IMG/VR virus record: IMGVR_UViG_3300042311_000577 | Span: 32,001-96,000 of that record | Length of the DNA: 64,000 nucleotides | Source of the DNA: a virus | Direction: 5' to 3' (one strand) | Shown here: one piece after another, positions 39,491 through 49,643 of the stretch | Position numbering within the stretch: the first letter of the stretch is position 1 | Layout: every line of letters starts with the position of its first letter | The notes under the pieces: generated by a model | The model's input: the letters and a program-made list of their open reading frames with translations, nothing else | Databases searched by the model: none | Told to the model about the DNA's origin: nothing | Position numbers and translations under genes: made by a program

Positions 39491-42400
39491 TTAAATTTCT
39501 TCAAATGTATAACCTAAACTTTCTAAATAGTTTTTAGTAGCTTCATCTACTTGATCACCTAATTCATAATTTACTACACCGCCCTTTTTATAATCAGATA
39601 ATAGTTCATATGGATCTCTATCTGGATTTTCTTCCCATTCAGGTGTTTGATGATTATAAGCGGCATTATTTATATTTCCTATTTTAAACCATTCAGTATA
39701 ATACGGTGGTTTTTTTAGTATAGCATTATTAAAGACATAAAAAACTTCTTTATCATATAAGTTTTGTGATACCTTTTTAAAATGATTTTGCATTTCAGCA
39801 GGACTCATTAATAAGTCTATACTATTTGCAGATCTTAAATATACTGTATTTACATCACCTAATTTTCTTTTGTTAAGCATATTTGCTATATCATAATCAA
39901 ATGACATTGGTATAGATTCTACATCTAATGGTAATGCTGATTTCCCATGTTTCTTGAATGTTTTAATTTCTGATGGTATATCTGTAGCAATTACTTTAAT
40001 ATTTTTCTTTTTAATATTCGGATTACTTGCAAGTTCATATGTAGATACACCAGCTAAAGCAGGATTAGAGTTTCCTAAACCTGAACCAATATCAATAATT
40101 ACAGAGTTAGCTCCTGCATGATCTGCAAAGAATAATTCAGAGTCTCTGTTTCTTTTAACATCTGTTCTATTCATTATATCCTGACCTTTCTCTGGGAATA
40201 GTCTATATTTTGTATAATCATTGAGCTGTCTATTTAGAACATCTTTATCATTAACACCCTGCCCTTGAATATTTTTATAAGGATTTTCATTTAGTGATTC
40301 AGGATTAACTAAGTTATATACAGAAGGATTATCTGAACCTTTAGTAAAGTAATTTAATGATTGACCTAAATCAGTATCTTTCCAATCTTTTAATCTTACA
40401 TTTGATTTAGGTTCTACTATAGGTAGATTTAAATTTCCAGAACTGTTCATTCTATTTTGAGCTTGAACTTTTTCAATATTCTGACCTTGTGCAAATGTAC
40501 TTGCTGCATTATTTGATATAGGTTGAGAAGATGGTTTTCTAGTTATAGATGGTGCAGGTATATTAGACTGTTCATAAATGTTACCTTTCATCATATTAAC
40601 TAGCATAGGATTAAGATCACTTTTATTTGCTTTAGGTGCATTACTAGTTTGTACTACTGGTGCAGCAACATTATATGCTTTTGGATCAAATGACATTAAT
40701 TCTCCTGTTATAGGATTTTTTAAACCAAAAGTTGTTTCTTTTGGTTTTTGTTTTTTTGGTGTTTCTTTTTTAGGAGTTGTTTTTTGAGGCTTTGGTCTTT
40801 CATATGTTTTTGTATTCCAAATAGCTCCTGTCATTAAATTAGAAGATGAACTAGGTTTTTCAGGGCCGGCTGCATATTTTGCAGATAATCTTTTAGTAGG
40901 TTGACTAGGTTTGCTTTGACTTTTCTTATTTGCAAATAGTTCTGGAAATCTATAAATCAAACCTTCTCTGGTACCTATCCTTTCTCTAACTAGTTGGTCT
41001 AAACTGTAACCTTTATCAACTAGATCACCAACCATTTTATTATATCTCTTATCGTCATTCTCATCTTTAGCAACAGAAGTTTTTGGTTCACCAAATTCAC
41101 CAGCTAATAATCTTTTATGTAGTTCAATGTTTTTAGTATAACTACCATCTGTTAATCCTTTCTTTTTAGCTTGAGACCATGGAGTACCTGTAATGTTTTC
41201 CCATTGTTCAGAAATTGTACCACCTCCTGCAAATTTATTCAATGTAGATATAGCACCACCTACTTTAGAATACTGTGGTATATTCTCATCACCTTCTTGT
41301 TGAGGTTTATTTTTAGAAATATTTTGTAGCATCCAAAGAATCTCTTCATCATTGAAATCTCTTCTTAAATCATTAATTGGTTGCATTGGTTGCCAATTTT
41401 CAGAATCTCTTTCTTTGTTTATATAATTTTGAAATATTTCAGGAGTTATCTGTTCAGTAAATGGATCATATACACCTTCTTTTTTTGCAGTCATTCTAAT
41501 TTCACCAAGTCTTGCTCTAGTTTCATGAGGTGATGATACATAATCATGAGCAAAAGATTTCCAATTTTCTGGTGCTTTTTGCTTTCTAATTTTTGCATTT
41601 TTAGTATCCCAATCTACCCAGTCTTTTAATTTTGTATTAAATTCAGGATCTTCAGGATTTTCACCCATTTCAATCATTTGATTTTTCCAATACTCTTCAC
41701 CTTTTGGTAAATAGTTTCCTTTTTTTTGAGCTATTTTATAATCTTCATTATCTTTCCAATTAGAACCTCTATGTGTAGTAATATACATTGAATCAGAAGG
41801 TGGTATTACTCTATTATGCCATTCTGGAGAATCTTGCGGAAATCTTGGATCTTTATATAACATCCAATCTGGATAGTTTTGTATTGTATCATTATCATTA
41901 ACATACCAACTATTTTGTGTACCAGCAGCCATGTTAACAAGTTCAGGTGTTGCATTAGACAATTTTACACCCATATTATATGCAGGATGATCAGCTTTAA
42001 ATAACTCTCTTGGTCTATCTGATGAATGGATTAATTCATGTGTATATAAAGTTGGACCATATTCATATCCTCCTGGAAATACTTCAACTTGTCCTGTATC
42101 ACTAAAAGACCAGGCTGCTGGTTGTATTCCATCTGACTGTTCTTCTGATTCTTTTTCCATTATGTTTAATGGAGGTAAGTCAGCTAGATTTTTCTTTCTT
42201 AAACTTGTTAAGTAGTCTGCATTTTTTTGATTACCTTGAAAACTATTTAATACCATTTGATTATACATAGGTGAATCATGCCAGTCTTTAACAAACTGCA
42301 AACCTTCTTCATAATATTTAGGTTCATTTACCTTAGCAGTTTCAATTGCTTGTAATCTTTCTTGTTCTCTATTATATGCATCTATATCAGTTAATTCTTG

Positions 42401-43219
42401 ATCTGTAAGATCTTTAGTTGTAATAGGTTCATAATAAAGTTCTCCTGTTTCAGTTTTTGGTAAATCAAAAGGTTCTTCTGAAGGATTTAAAATTTCAATA
42501 GATTCATTTTGAGTTACTGGTTTTTCATTTTTATTTCTTCTTAATTTTTTAGATTTTTTATCTTTTGAACCACCGTCTATAAATCTATTTAAAGAAGGTA
42601 TAGAAGGATCATCTATCTCTTCAACTATATAACCACCTTCAACATATTTTCTTATTTGATCTTTAGTAAGTTCTGCTTCTATAAAACCTGGAGAAACATC
42701 TTTATAATGTTCTGCAAAATAAGCAGCATCTTCATCTGAATCAAATCTCATGGCTTCATTAGATTCTGGACCATAGTCACCTAACATTAACTGACCATTT
42801 TCATCTTGAATTTGAGGAACAGCATAGTTATCTATACTTGCCATATAGTGTGTACCTGTATTTCCATTTTCAAATTGATATGGATTATCAGGTAGGTTAA
42901 TCATTCTTTTTGCAGCAGGATTTCCAAACTCATTAGCATAAGCTAGTCTAGCTTTCATCATACCAGTCATACCATCCTTTTCACCACCATTATCAAAGTA
43001 CATGGATGTTGGATCATATATTTTCTTCTTGTAATTCTTTTTTTTAAGCAAAGGATTTTTTGCAAACAATCTATTTGTAGCTTGAAGATTACTAGAAAAC
43101 TTTTTACTACCTCCTTTTTTCATCTGAGGCTTATCTAAGTCTGAATCTTTTTTTTTAGCTTCTGGTTCCTTCTTGCCTAAATCATTAAGTGCTTGAAGAA
43201 AAAATTTTTTATTATACAT
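39491..43219 (-). CDS. Modular cargo protein with a zincin (HELIH) and a SAM-methyltransferase-like domain
   Basis: 1242 aa; HELIH at 42026-42040 with YVSSPHETRAR; VIIDIGSGLG...VIATDI near the C-terminus. Confidence 0.6.
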   Translation of the reverse strand: MYNKKFFLQALNDLGKKEPEAKKKDSDLDKPQMKKGGSKKFSSNLQATNRLFAKNPLLKKKNYKKKIYDPTSMYFDNGGEKDGMTGMMKARLAYANEFGNPAAKRMINLPDNPYQFENGNTGTHYMASIDNYAVPQIQDENGQLMLGDYGPESNEAMRFDSDEDAAYFAEHYKDVSPGFIEAELTKDQIRKYVEGGYIVEEIDDPSIPSLNRFIDGGSKDKKSKKLRRNKNEKPVTQNESIEILNPSEEPFDLPKTETGELYYEPITTKDLTDQELTDIDAYNREQERLQAIETAKVNEPKYYEEGLQFVKDWHDSPMYNQMVLNSFQGNQKNADYLTSLRKKNLADLPPLNIMEKESEEQSDGIQPAAWSFSDTGQVEVFPGGYEYGPTLYTHELIHSSDRPRELFKADHPAYNMGVKLSNATPELVNMAAGTQNSWYVNDNDTIQNYPDWMLYKDPRFPQDSPEWHNRVIPPSDSMYITTHRGSNWKDNEDYKIAQKKGNYLPKGEEYWKNQMIEMGENPEDPEFNTKLKDWVDWDTKNAKIRKQKAPENWKSFAHDYVSSPHETRARLGEIRMTAKKEGVYDPFTEQITPEIFQNYINKERDSENWQPMQPINDLRRDFNDEEILWMLQNISKNKPQQEGDENIPQYSKVGGAISTLNKFAGGGTISEQWENITGTPWSQAKKKGLTDGSYTKNIELHKRLLAGEFGEPKTSVAKDENDDKRYNKMVGDLVDKGYSLDQLVRERIGTREGLIYRFPELFANKKSQSKPSQPTKRLSAKYAAGPEKPSSSSNLMTGAIWNTKTYERPKPQKTTPKKETPKKQKPKETTFGLKNPITGELMSFDPKAYNVAAPVVQTSNAPKANKSDLNPMLVNMMKGNIYEQSNIPAPSITRKPSSQPISNNAASTFAQGQNIEKVQAQNRMNSSGNLNLPIVEPKSNVRLKDWKDTDLGQSLNYFTKGSDNPSVYNLVNPESLNENPYKNIQGQGVNDKDVLNRQLNDYTKYRLFPEKGQDIMNRTDVKRNRDSELFFADHAGANSVIIDIGSGLGNSNPALAGVSTYELASNPNIKKKNIKVIATDIPSEIKTFKKHGKSALPLDVESIPMSFDYDIANMLNKRKLGDVNTVYLRSANSIDLLMSPAEMQNHFKKVSQNLYDKEVFYVFNNAILKKPPYYTEWFKIGNINNAAYNHQTPEWEENPDRDPYELLSDYKKGGVVNYELGDQVDEATKNYLESLGYTFEEI

Positions 43220-46200
43220 TACCTTGGGGACATTTGAGTTTTAGTATTAACAATTTTCAAGATCATATTTGTATCTCTTGAATCATTTTTTATAAGCTTG
43301 ATGAAATTAATATAATGTCTAAATTTCTTTCTTTCTAATAAAGGTTTTGTATAATCTAAATTCAAAGGATTTAATATTTTTACATAACCATTAACTGATG
43401 TGACCCATATATTTTCATCTGAATAGTTTCCTAATAACACTGTAGATTCTGGAGCTGGTAAATAAGGACCTTGTCCAGGAGGATATCCTGATCCAATTGG
43501 AAACTCACCTCTATCTTTTGTTATATCCCAGAATTGATTTATTCTGTATTTGTTTTCCTCTTTAGAGTAAAGGATGTCATAACTTGCTTGATTAGTATTT
43601 AATCTTGGAAACTGTAATGATAATGGTATGTCATTTTTAGGATAAAGATTTAAGTTAAGGTATCCGGATGCTTGTTCAGAATTAAATACTATAGCTTGAT
43701 CAAAATTATAATCTAGTACATGATACTGATCCACACATATGTTACGGTCCCTTCTATATGCCTCTAAATAGTATTCTAAACTTTTAATAGTATTTACTAC
43801 TTGAGCAGTTACCACCGGTAACTCAACTTCAAAAGGATATTGCACCCCATAGAAATTACAGTAATCATTACAATTAACACTATGTTTCCAAATACTATTA
43901 TCTTTTATAGTAAAGAATGATCCTTTACTTGGCACATAAAAGTTAGGATGCCAATCATGAAATGATAACCAGTACTGCATTTTTGGATCATAACTAACTG
44001 TCCATGAAGCATCTTCAAAATATCTTTTATCACCAATCTTAGCTTTAAGAATTGTTGATACACCACCATTCTGAGTTTTAATTAAAAAGTTATCATTTAC
44101 ATTATCATAAGTTACTAATCCTTTATATTCATCTTTTAATTTATAATCTTTTTTAGAAAAGTATAAAATACTATTATCATTATCATAACTTGCTGAACAA
44201 CCAATACCAGCTACAGGATTATCTGTATGTGGGTATTTTGGAAAATCTTCAAGAAGTTTGAATGGTAAAAATTCACTAAACCACCATTTCATTCCTGTTT
44301 GAGATATTTCTTTTAAACCTTCAGCATATGAAAATATTTTACCTTGGTTCTGTGAGATATAAAAAAGTCCAGCCGGAGTTGATACTACACCATATTTATT
44401 TTGTGATGAACCATACTCATATGGTTTTTCAGCAACAACAACATTTTGAGGAGGTCTTGAAAATAAGTTTTGATCACCTACGGTAACTGCAGTACCACTT
44501 GTATCTAATTGTAAAGTATCAGTACCTTGAAAAACAAGAGGACTATCATTTTCAAATGTTATAAACATACCTGTCTTAGCAAAGTTTTTAACTGAGCTTA
44601 GAGTACTTTTAAAGTCTACTCTATTTAGAGGAAGGTATGTTAGCCATCCGTCTATAATCTGATTCTCTTGTTGTTTTAATGAATATATAATTCTATTTGG
44701 ATATGATGTATAACATAACTCTGCAACATTTGGATTATATGTTGTACCTTGTAAATAACCTTGTGTAAAGTATTGATTGAATATAAATCTTGATGCACTT
44801 AATGAATAATCATAAGCATAAAAATTACCTCTAGCTAGTATATCAGGATTTGAATCAAACAATGATGGTAGATCTGTATACTTATATTTACTATAAGGTC
44901 TTTGCCAAGTAAATGTACCAACATCTCTAAAATCTGTAATTACTTCAGACTCAACAAAGAAATCTCTAATACCATTTGCTGAAGTATAAAAGTATGAATT
45001 TTTAACAGCTAAAAATCCTGGATAACCTGGAAACCACGTATTAACATTATATGCATAATTTCTATTATCCATATCATAATAACTAGATGGTACTAAACCA
45101 TCTCCATAATCAGGGTTATTAGAAAACCAAGTTAGTAAATTATTTAAGGTAAAATCACTTATATCCCATGGTTGACTATTTACTTGAAACTTAGGTTCAG
45201 GAATCATTTGATTTATAAAATAATTCCATTCTGTTTCATCCGGAACATTGTAAAGCCAATCAAAAAAGAAGTTCATTATATTCTTTTCTGTAAATCTATT
45301 TACATAAGTATCTCCTCCAAAAAATACAGGTGATGATGTAGATTTCTGTGTAAAATCATTTACTCCACATAGAGTACCATAATTTGATGTGGCAATAGTA
45401 TTTGGTCCAGTTAGCGAAATAAAATCTAATTTTTGTTCACATGGTGTAGCTACAACTTGTTGTATTTGTTCTAGTTGACCATATTGATTTTCTTTTCTAT
45501 ATTTAATTGCAACATAGTGACTTGCAATTTTATTTATAAAGTTTCTTCCTTTTCCTTTTTCAGTCCAACTAACTTTTCCATTTCCTGTAAAAGTACTATT
45601 CATTGCTGCTGGATTATGCGTTCTAATAGCATAACCTAATGTCATAAGAGATTGATCAGTACTATAACCAGTAGACTCAAGTATAAAATGTGGTCCTTCA
45701 ATATCACCTGAACCATCCCATTTAGTAGTTCTTAATACAACTAACTTAGGTCTTTTAATATTATTTATTCTATATTTTACCGGAAGACCTGTTGCATTAT
45801 TAATATACTCAGGTAATATTTGAACTTGATCATCTACATATTGACCAGAAGCCATGACAAATCTTTTAGGTTTAGTAGCATCATGTGGATCAAATAAATA
45901 GTATTCACCATAACCAACTTGTTCTAAAGCATACTGTCTTTTCTTAGCAATTGCATACATTACATCAACAGCAGTTTGTGTACCTTTAATAAAGTAATAC
46001 CAAAGATCTCCTCCTACAACTAAAGTATTTAAAAAACCATTTATGATAGGACCAAGCATTTGCTTACCCGTATATGTTTTTTCATAAGTTGGTAATGTAA
46101 AAGTATTAGAACCCCCAGAAAGTGTTGATTGTGCTGTTTGAAAAAAACCTGCAAGTGTATCACCTGGTGTAAATAAATCAGCTATTGGTGAGTATGTAGC

Positions 46201-48630
46201 TAATGCTGCATCTAAACCAGTAGCTGCAGAATTAGCTGCAATAACACCTAAGTTGTTCATAGCTTGTCCAGTAGTTGAATTTCCGACAGCAGGGCTCCAG
46301 GTCCATGCTAAACCATAAGGTTGTGTAAAATTACCTGCTGGATAATTTATTTTTAATTCTCCTAATGCATTTAACAAAGCATCAATAATACCATTTGCTA
46401 AAGCAAATAAAATAATTTTATTTGTTAAGAATTTAAATCTAGGATGTTTACTTGGTTCAATAAAGAATTGTTCTGCTTCTCCTCTAAGTACACCATATAT
46501 TTTTAATTCTGTTGTATTCAAATAAGGATTAACAAAACTAGTATCTGGAGAATGAAATGAAATAATATCTTGAGGTATATTCTGATTTTCTTTTTGATTA
46601 TTATTATTTCTTTTAGTAATATAAGGATCATTATACAAATAGTCAAAACTACCTAAACCTGTTGCATTTGTAAGATTATTTAATTCTGGTACAATACAGT
46701 TGTAAGGATAATTTGCATATAAACCAATTACATCATTTTCAGCAGCACTTCCTCTAAGATTGTAATCTCTAAAATTATTTATAATACCTTTAGCAAGAAT
46801 AGTTTTATTACCATGTCTTGAACCTCTTAGTATTTCATAACCTACAATACCTGGTATATCATTTCCATCATTATCTTTTGGCAATATAATATTTGAAAAT
46901 TCAACTCCCATTAATCTTATATAATAACCAGAAGATTTTCTTATAAAGTGATTTGTAAGATAACTTGTATTTTGATCAGGAAACTTATGATGTCTAATTG
47001 ATTTACCACATAAATCATAATCTGGATTAGTAGTTAATGTCCAGCATTGAGAACTTGAGTTCCAAACATCAGATTGAAAATCTGGATATTTTTCAGAAGA
47101 CTGCCAGTAACCCATATCACCTCTTGCAATAACAACACCACCATCAGGTAATGTTTCAAGTCCATTTATTGAACCTGCGGTAACACTTGCTGTATTTATA
47201 CTTTCAAATAACATTGTATTACCCGGTAAAGTAATACCGGCTATATTTGAGAAAGGATCAATTTCATTATAAACTGTACCATTATATGTATAATTTCTAG
47301 GTGGTCTTCCTGGAATATGATATGATGCAGATTTGTCTCCAGTATCATAAACCCATCTGATAAAAAATGAATATACTTCATCTCTTAAATAAGATGTGTT
47401 TTTTCCTCCATCAACATAATAAGTTTCTGGATATTCTATTTCAACCCATTGAGTTCTTATTAAGTTTGCTAATGGTTGATAGTTAAAATCAAATTTAGAA
47501 GTAGGCCCTACTCTTAATAGATAATCCATTACTTCTGTCATTTGTCTTGACTTTTCTACAACCGGGCTTCTTAATAAAAGTTCTTTAGTACTTATAGCAG
47601 GAGTTGATTCACTTATCTGATCTAGTATAATGGTTTTTATTCTTGTAGAATAATAACCTACTATACGGGCACTAAAATTTTGATCAATAAATCTTATTAC
47701 AGCTAACTCAAATTCATCAAAGTTTTCTTCATCTGCTTCAACAGTTATTTCAAGAGAGCCCTTAAAGTTTATTGCATTTGATATTGGTTGTGTATATGTA
47801 CTAGAGAAATAATCAGTTACTCTATATCTATCTTTTGTATAAGCAATAGCAACAGCATATGAACCATTATCTATAGTACCAGGTTGATTAGATAAGTTAA
47901 TATCTAAACATGGTGTTTTAACTAGAGTAGCTAATCTGATTCTATTACAATCTAAAAAACCAGGTTTAACTGGAGTACATATTTTACAAACTGTTGGTCC
48001 AGATCCATCAACTTCACATTTTTCTTCCCATGGAATATTCGGCCAAAGAATTGTAACACCCGATTCATTTGAATATAAATTACCATTAGTTGTTGATGAT
48101 CCACCTATCCAAACATAATTATCTTCTGGCCATGTTTTTGGATCACCAATATTCATATATCTATCAGGATTTAAGTTATCTGCCCAATAGACTTGCCAAG
48201 TACAATCATTTAATAATTTAGAAGCTCCTGTTATTAAATGAAGTTTATTAAAGTTAAGACACCTATCTTGTACAATTGGTCTATACTTACAGATATCACC
48301 TTCAAATAAACCTATCTCAGACATTAAAGGTTTTGTATCTTGTATATCATAACCAACTGTATATATGATCCATTTATCACTAAATAAATGTATAGCACCT
48401 ATTATATACTTTTTGAAAGCATTCATTGTTTGTCCAGCAAGTCCACATAAAACATTAGATTCCTCGTTAGAGAGTGTGCCTAAGTCTCCCTCTGCTGTGT
48501 TGTTTACAGCATTCCGGGCATGTGTCCACATTCCTTCTTGTACAAATAAAGGATCAGAGTCTTTATTTAAACCCTTAATAAAGGAGTTTGTATTCTGTTG
48601 GGAAGTATCCTGTTGATTTCTCTTTGCCAT
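43219..48630 (-). CDS. Tail stabilization / muzzle protein (crAss Tstab)
   Basis: 1803 aa, beta-rich; KGLNKD, YLRDEVYSFFIRWVY, IRHHKFPD, FGGDTYVNRF and WLSFHDW; follows IHF-like and ring genes as in the Crassvirales gene order. Confidence 0.8.
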   Translation of the reverse strand: MAKRNQQDTSQQNTNSFIKGLNKDSDPLFVQEGMWTHARNAVNNTAEGDLGTLSNEESNVLCGLAGQTMNAFKKYIIGAIHLFSDKWIIYTVGYDIQDTKPLMSEIGLFEGDICKYRPIVQDRCLNFNKLHLITGASKLLNDCTWQVYWADNLNPDRYMNIGDPKTWPEDNYVWIGGSSTTNGNLYSNESGVTILWPNIPWEEKCEVDGSGPTVCKICTPVKPGFLDCNRIRLATLVKTPCLDINLSNQPGTIDNGSYAVAIAYTKDRYRVTDYFSSTYTQPISNAINFKGSLEITVEADEENFDEFELAVIRFIDQNFSARIVGYYSTRIKTIILDQISESTPAISTKELLLRSPVVEKSRQMTEVMDYLLRVGPTSKFDFNYQPLANLIRTQWVEIEYPETYYVDGGKNTSYLRDEVYSFFIRWVYDTGDKSASYHIPGRPPRNYTYNGTVYNEIDPFSNIAGITLPGNTMLFESINTASVTAGSINGLETLPDGGVVIARGDMGYWQSSEKYPDFQSDVWNSSSQCWTLTTNPDYDLCGKSIRHHKFPDQNTSYLTNHFIRKSSGYYIRLMGVEFSNIILPKDNDGNDIPGIVGYEILRGSRHGNKTILAKGIINNFRDYNLRGSAAENDVIGLYANYPYNCIVPELNNLTNATGLGSFDYLYNDPYITKRNNNNQKENQNIPQDIISFHSPDTSFVNPYLNTTELKIYGVLRGEAEQFFIEPSKHPRFKFLTNKIILFALANGIIDALLNALGELKINYPAGNFTQPYGLAWTWSPAVGNSTTGQAMNNLGVIAANSAATGLDAALATYSPIADLFTPGDTLAGFFQTAQSTLSGGSNTFTLPTYEKTYTGKQMLGPIINGFLNTLVVGGDLWYYFIKGTQTAVDVMYAIAKKRQYALEQVGYGEYYLFDPHDATKPKRFVMASGQYVDDQVQILPEYINNATGLPVKYRINNIKRPKLVVLRTTKWDGSGDIEGPHFILESTGYSTDQSLMTLGYAIRTHNPAAMNSTFTGNGKVSWTEKGKGRNFINKIASHYVAIKYRKENQYGQLEQIQQVVATPCEQKLDFISLTGPNTIATSNYGTLCGVNDFTQKSTSSPVFFGGDTYVNRFTEKNIMNFFFDWLYNVPDETEWNYFINQMIPEPKFQVNSQPWDISDFTLNNLLTWFSNNPDYGDGLVPSSYYDMDNRNYAYNVNTWFPGYPGFLAVKNSYFYTSANGIRDFFVESEVITDFRDVGTFTWQRPYSKYKYTDLPSLFDSNPDILARGNFYAYDYSLSASRFIFNQYFTQGYLQGTTYNPNVAELCYTSYPNRIIYSLKQQENQIIDGWLTYLPLNRVDFKSTLSSVKNFAKTGMFITFENDSPLVFQGTDTLQLDTSGTAVTVGDQNLFSRPPQNVVVAEKPYEYGSSQNKYGVVSTPAGLFYISQNQGKIFSYAEGLKEISQTGMKWWFSEFLPFKLLEDFPKYPHTDNPVAGIGCSASYDNDNSILYFSKKDYKLKDEYKGLVTYDNVNDNFLIKTQNGGVSTILKAKIGDKRYFEDASWTVSYDPKMQYWLSFHDWHPNFYVPSKGSFFTIKDNSIWKHSVNCNDYCNFYGVQYPFEVELPVVTAQVVNTIKSLEYYLEAYRRDRNICVDQYHVLDYNFDQAIVFNSEQASGYLNLNLYPKNDIPLSLQFPRLNTNQASYDILYSKEENKYRINQFWDITKDRGEFPIGSGYPPGQGPYLPAPESTVLLGNYSDENIWVTSVNGYVKILNPLNLDYTKPLLERKKFRHYINFIKLIKNDSRDTNMILKIVNTKTQMSPR

Positions 48631-49643
48631 TACAATACTCTTATATTATTACGGTTTCTATAGTAAACATTATTTGGTGAATAACTTTTAAACATATCAT
48701 AATACTTACCATATTGAGCTTTTCTATTAGCCATCCAAAGTTTTTCAAGTTCCTTGAAGTTAGGAGTATTAACTAAACTTAAAGCTTGGTTTCTAGCTGC
48801 TTTTAATTTAGAAGCAATATACTGAAGTTTCTGACCAACATCTTCTCCGTTCATTAATAAATTTTCAAGTATTCTTTCTTTTAATGCATACTCATAGTAT
48901 TCATTAAGAAGTTCATGATCAGGAACAAGTAAATTACCATTATCATCTTCTAAAGTAGATTGATAATTAAGATATACTTTACCTTCTTTAAAAGTTGTAT
49001 TTAAAAAACCATGTTTTATCCATCCTTCATTTACAGTATTATAATAAAGATTTGGACAATCACATTCAATTTCTTGACTTGTCTTCATCCTAAGTGGATA
49101 AAGATTTCTATAAACTCTTGTTGTAGAAGGATTTATGATTTGTATTAGTTCATATGCTTCACCTTTACAATTTAAAAATACTCTTGGTTTTATAGCAGTA
49201 TCACCATATGGTTGGCCAAGAGAATGAGTTACACATATACCTTCTTGTCCACTATAACAACAAGGTTGATTTACTGGAGCTTCACAAGAATTCAAATAAG
49301 TTTCACTTGGAAATTCTCTGTATGGTACTTCTTGAATATTAGTTCCTCCGGCAAAACCATCATAACCAACATAACCCACATTATTTTGGAAGTCCCCGCA
49401 AATTAATGCATAATTAAATGCATAAAAATTATCAGGCAGTTTAACTTTATTATGGGTGACATCAAGTATAATTTCCTTTTGTTGATTTATTCTCAACCCT
49501 AAATCATAATTAATTTTTCTAACTAGTTTGATTAACTGTTGAGGCTCAATCATATTTTCTAAAGCAAATGTGTACAAATCAATTGTAACATCTTCTAGAA
49601 GTTGATCAAAGGTTCTATATTTCAGAGTATAATTAAAATCCAT
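48630..49643 (-). CDS. Tail ring / tubular protein
   Basis: 337 aa; KVKLPDNF and GKVYLNY..TLEDDNGNLLVPDH; directly upstream of the muzzle gene. Confidence 0.6.
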   Translation of the reverse strand: MDFNYTLKYRTFDQLLEDVTIDLYTFALENMIEPQQLIKLVRKINYDLGLRINQQKEIILDVTHNKVKLPDNFYAFNYALICGDFQNNVGYVGYDGFAGGTNIQEVPYREFPSETYLNSCEAPVNQPCCYSGQEGICVTHSLGQPYGDTAIKPRVFLNCKGEAYELIQIINPSTTRVYRNLYPLRMKTSQEIECDCPNLYYNTVNEGWIKHGFLNTTFKEGKVYLNYQSTLEDDNGNLLVPDHELLNEYYEYALKERILENLLMNGEDVGQKLQYIASKLKAARNQALSLVNTPNFKELEKLWMANRKAQYGKYYDMFKSYSPNNVYYRNRNNIRVL

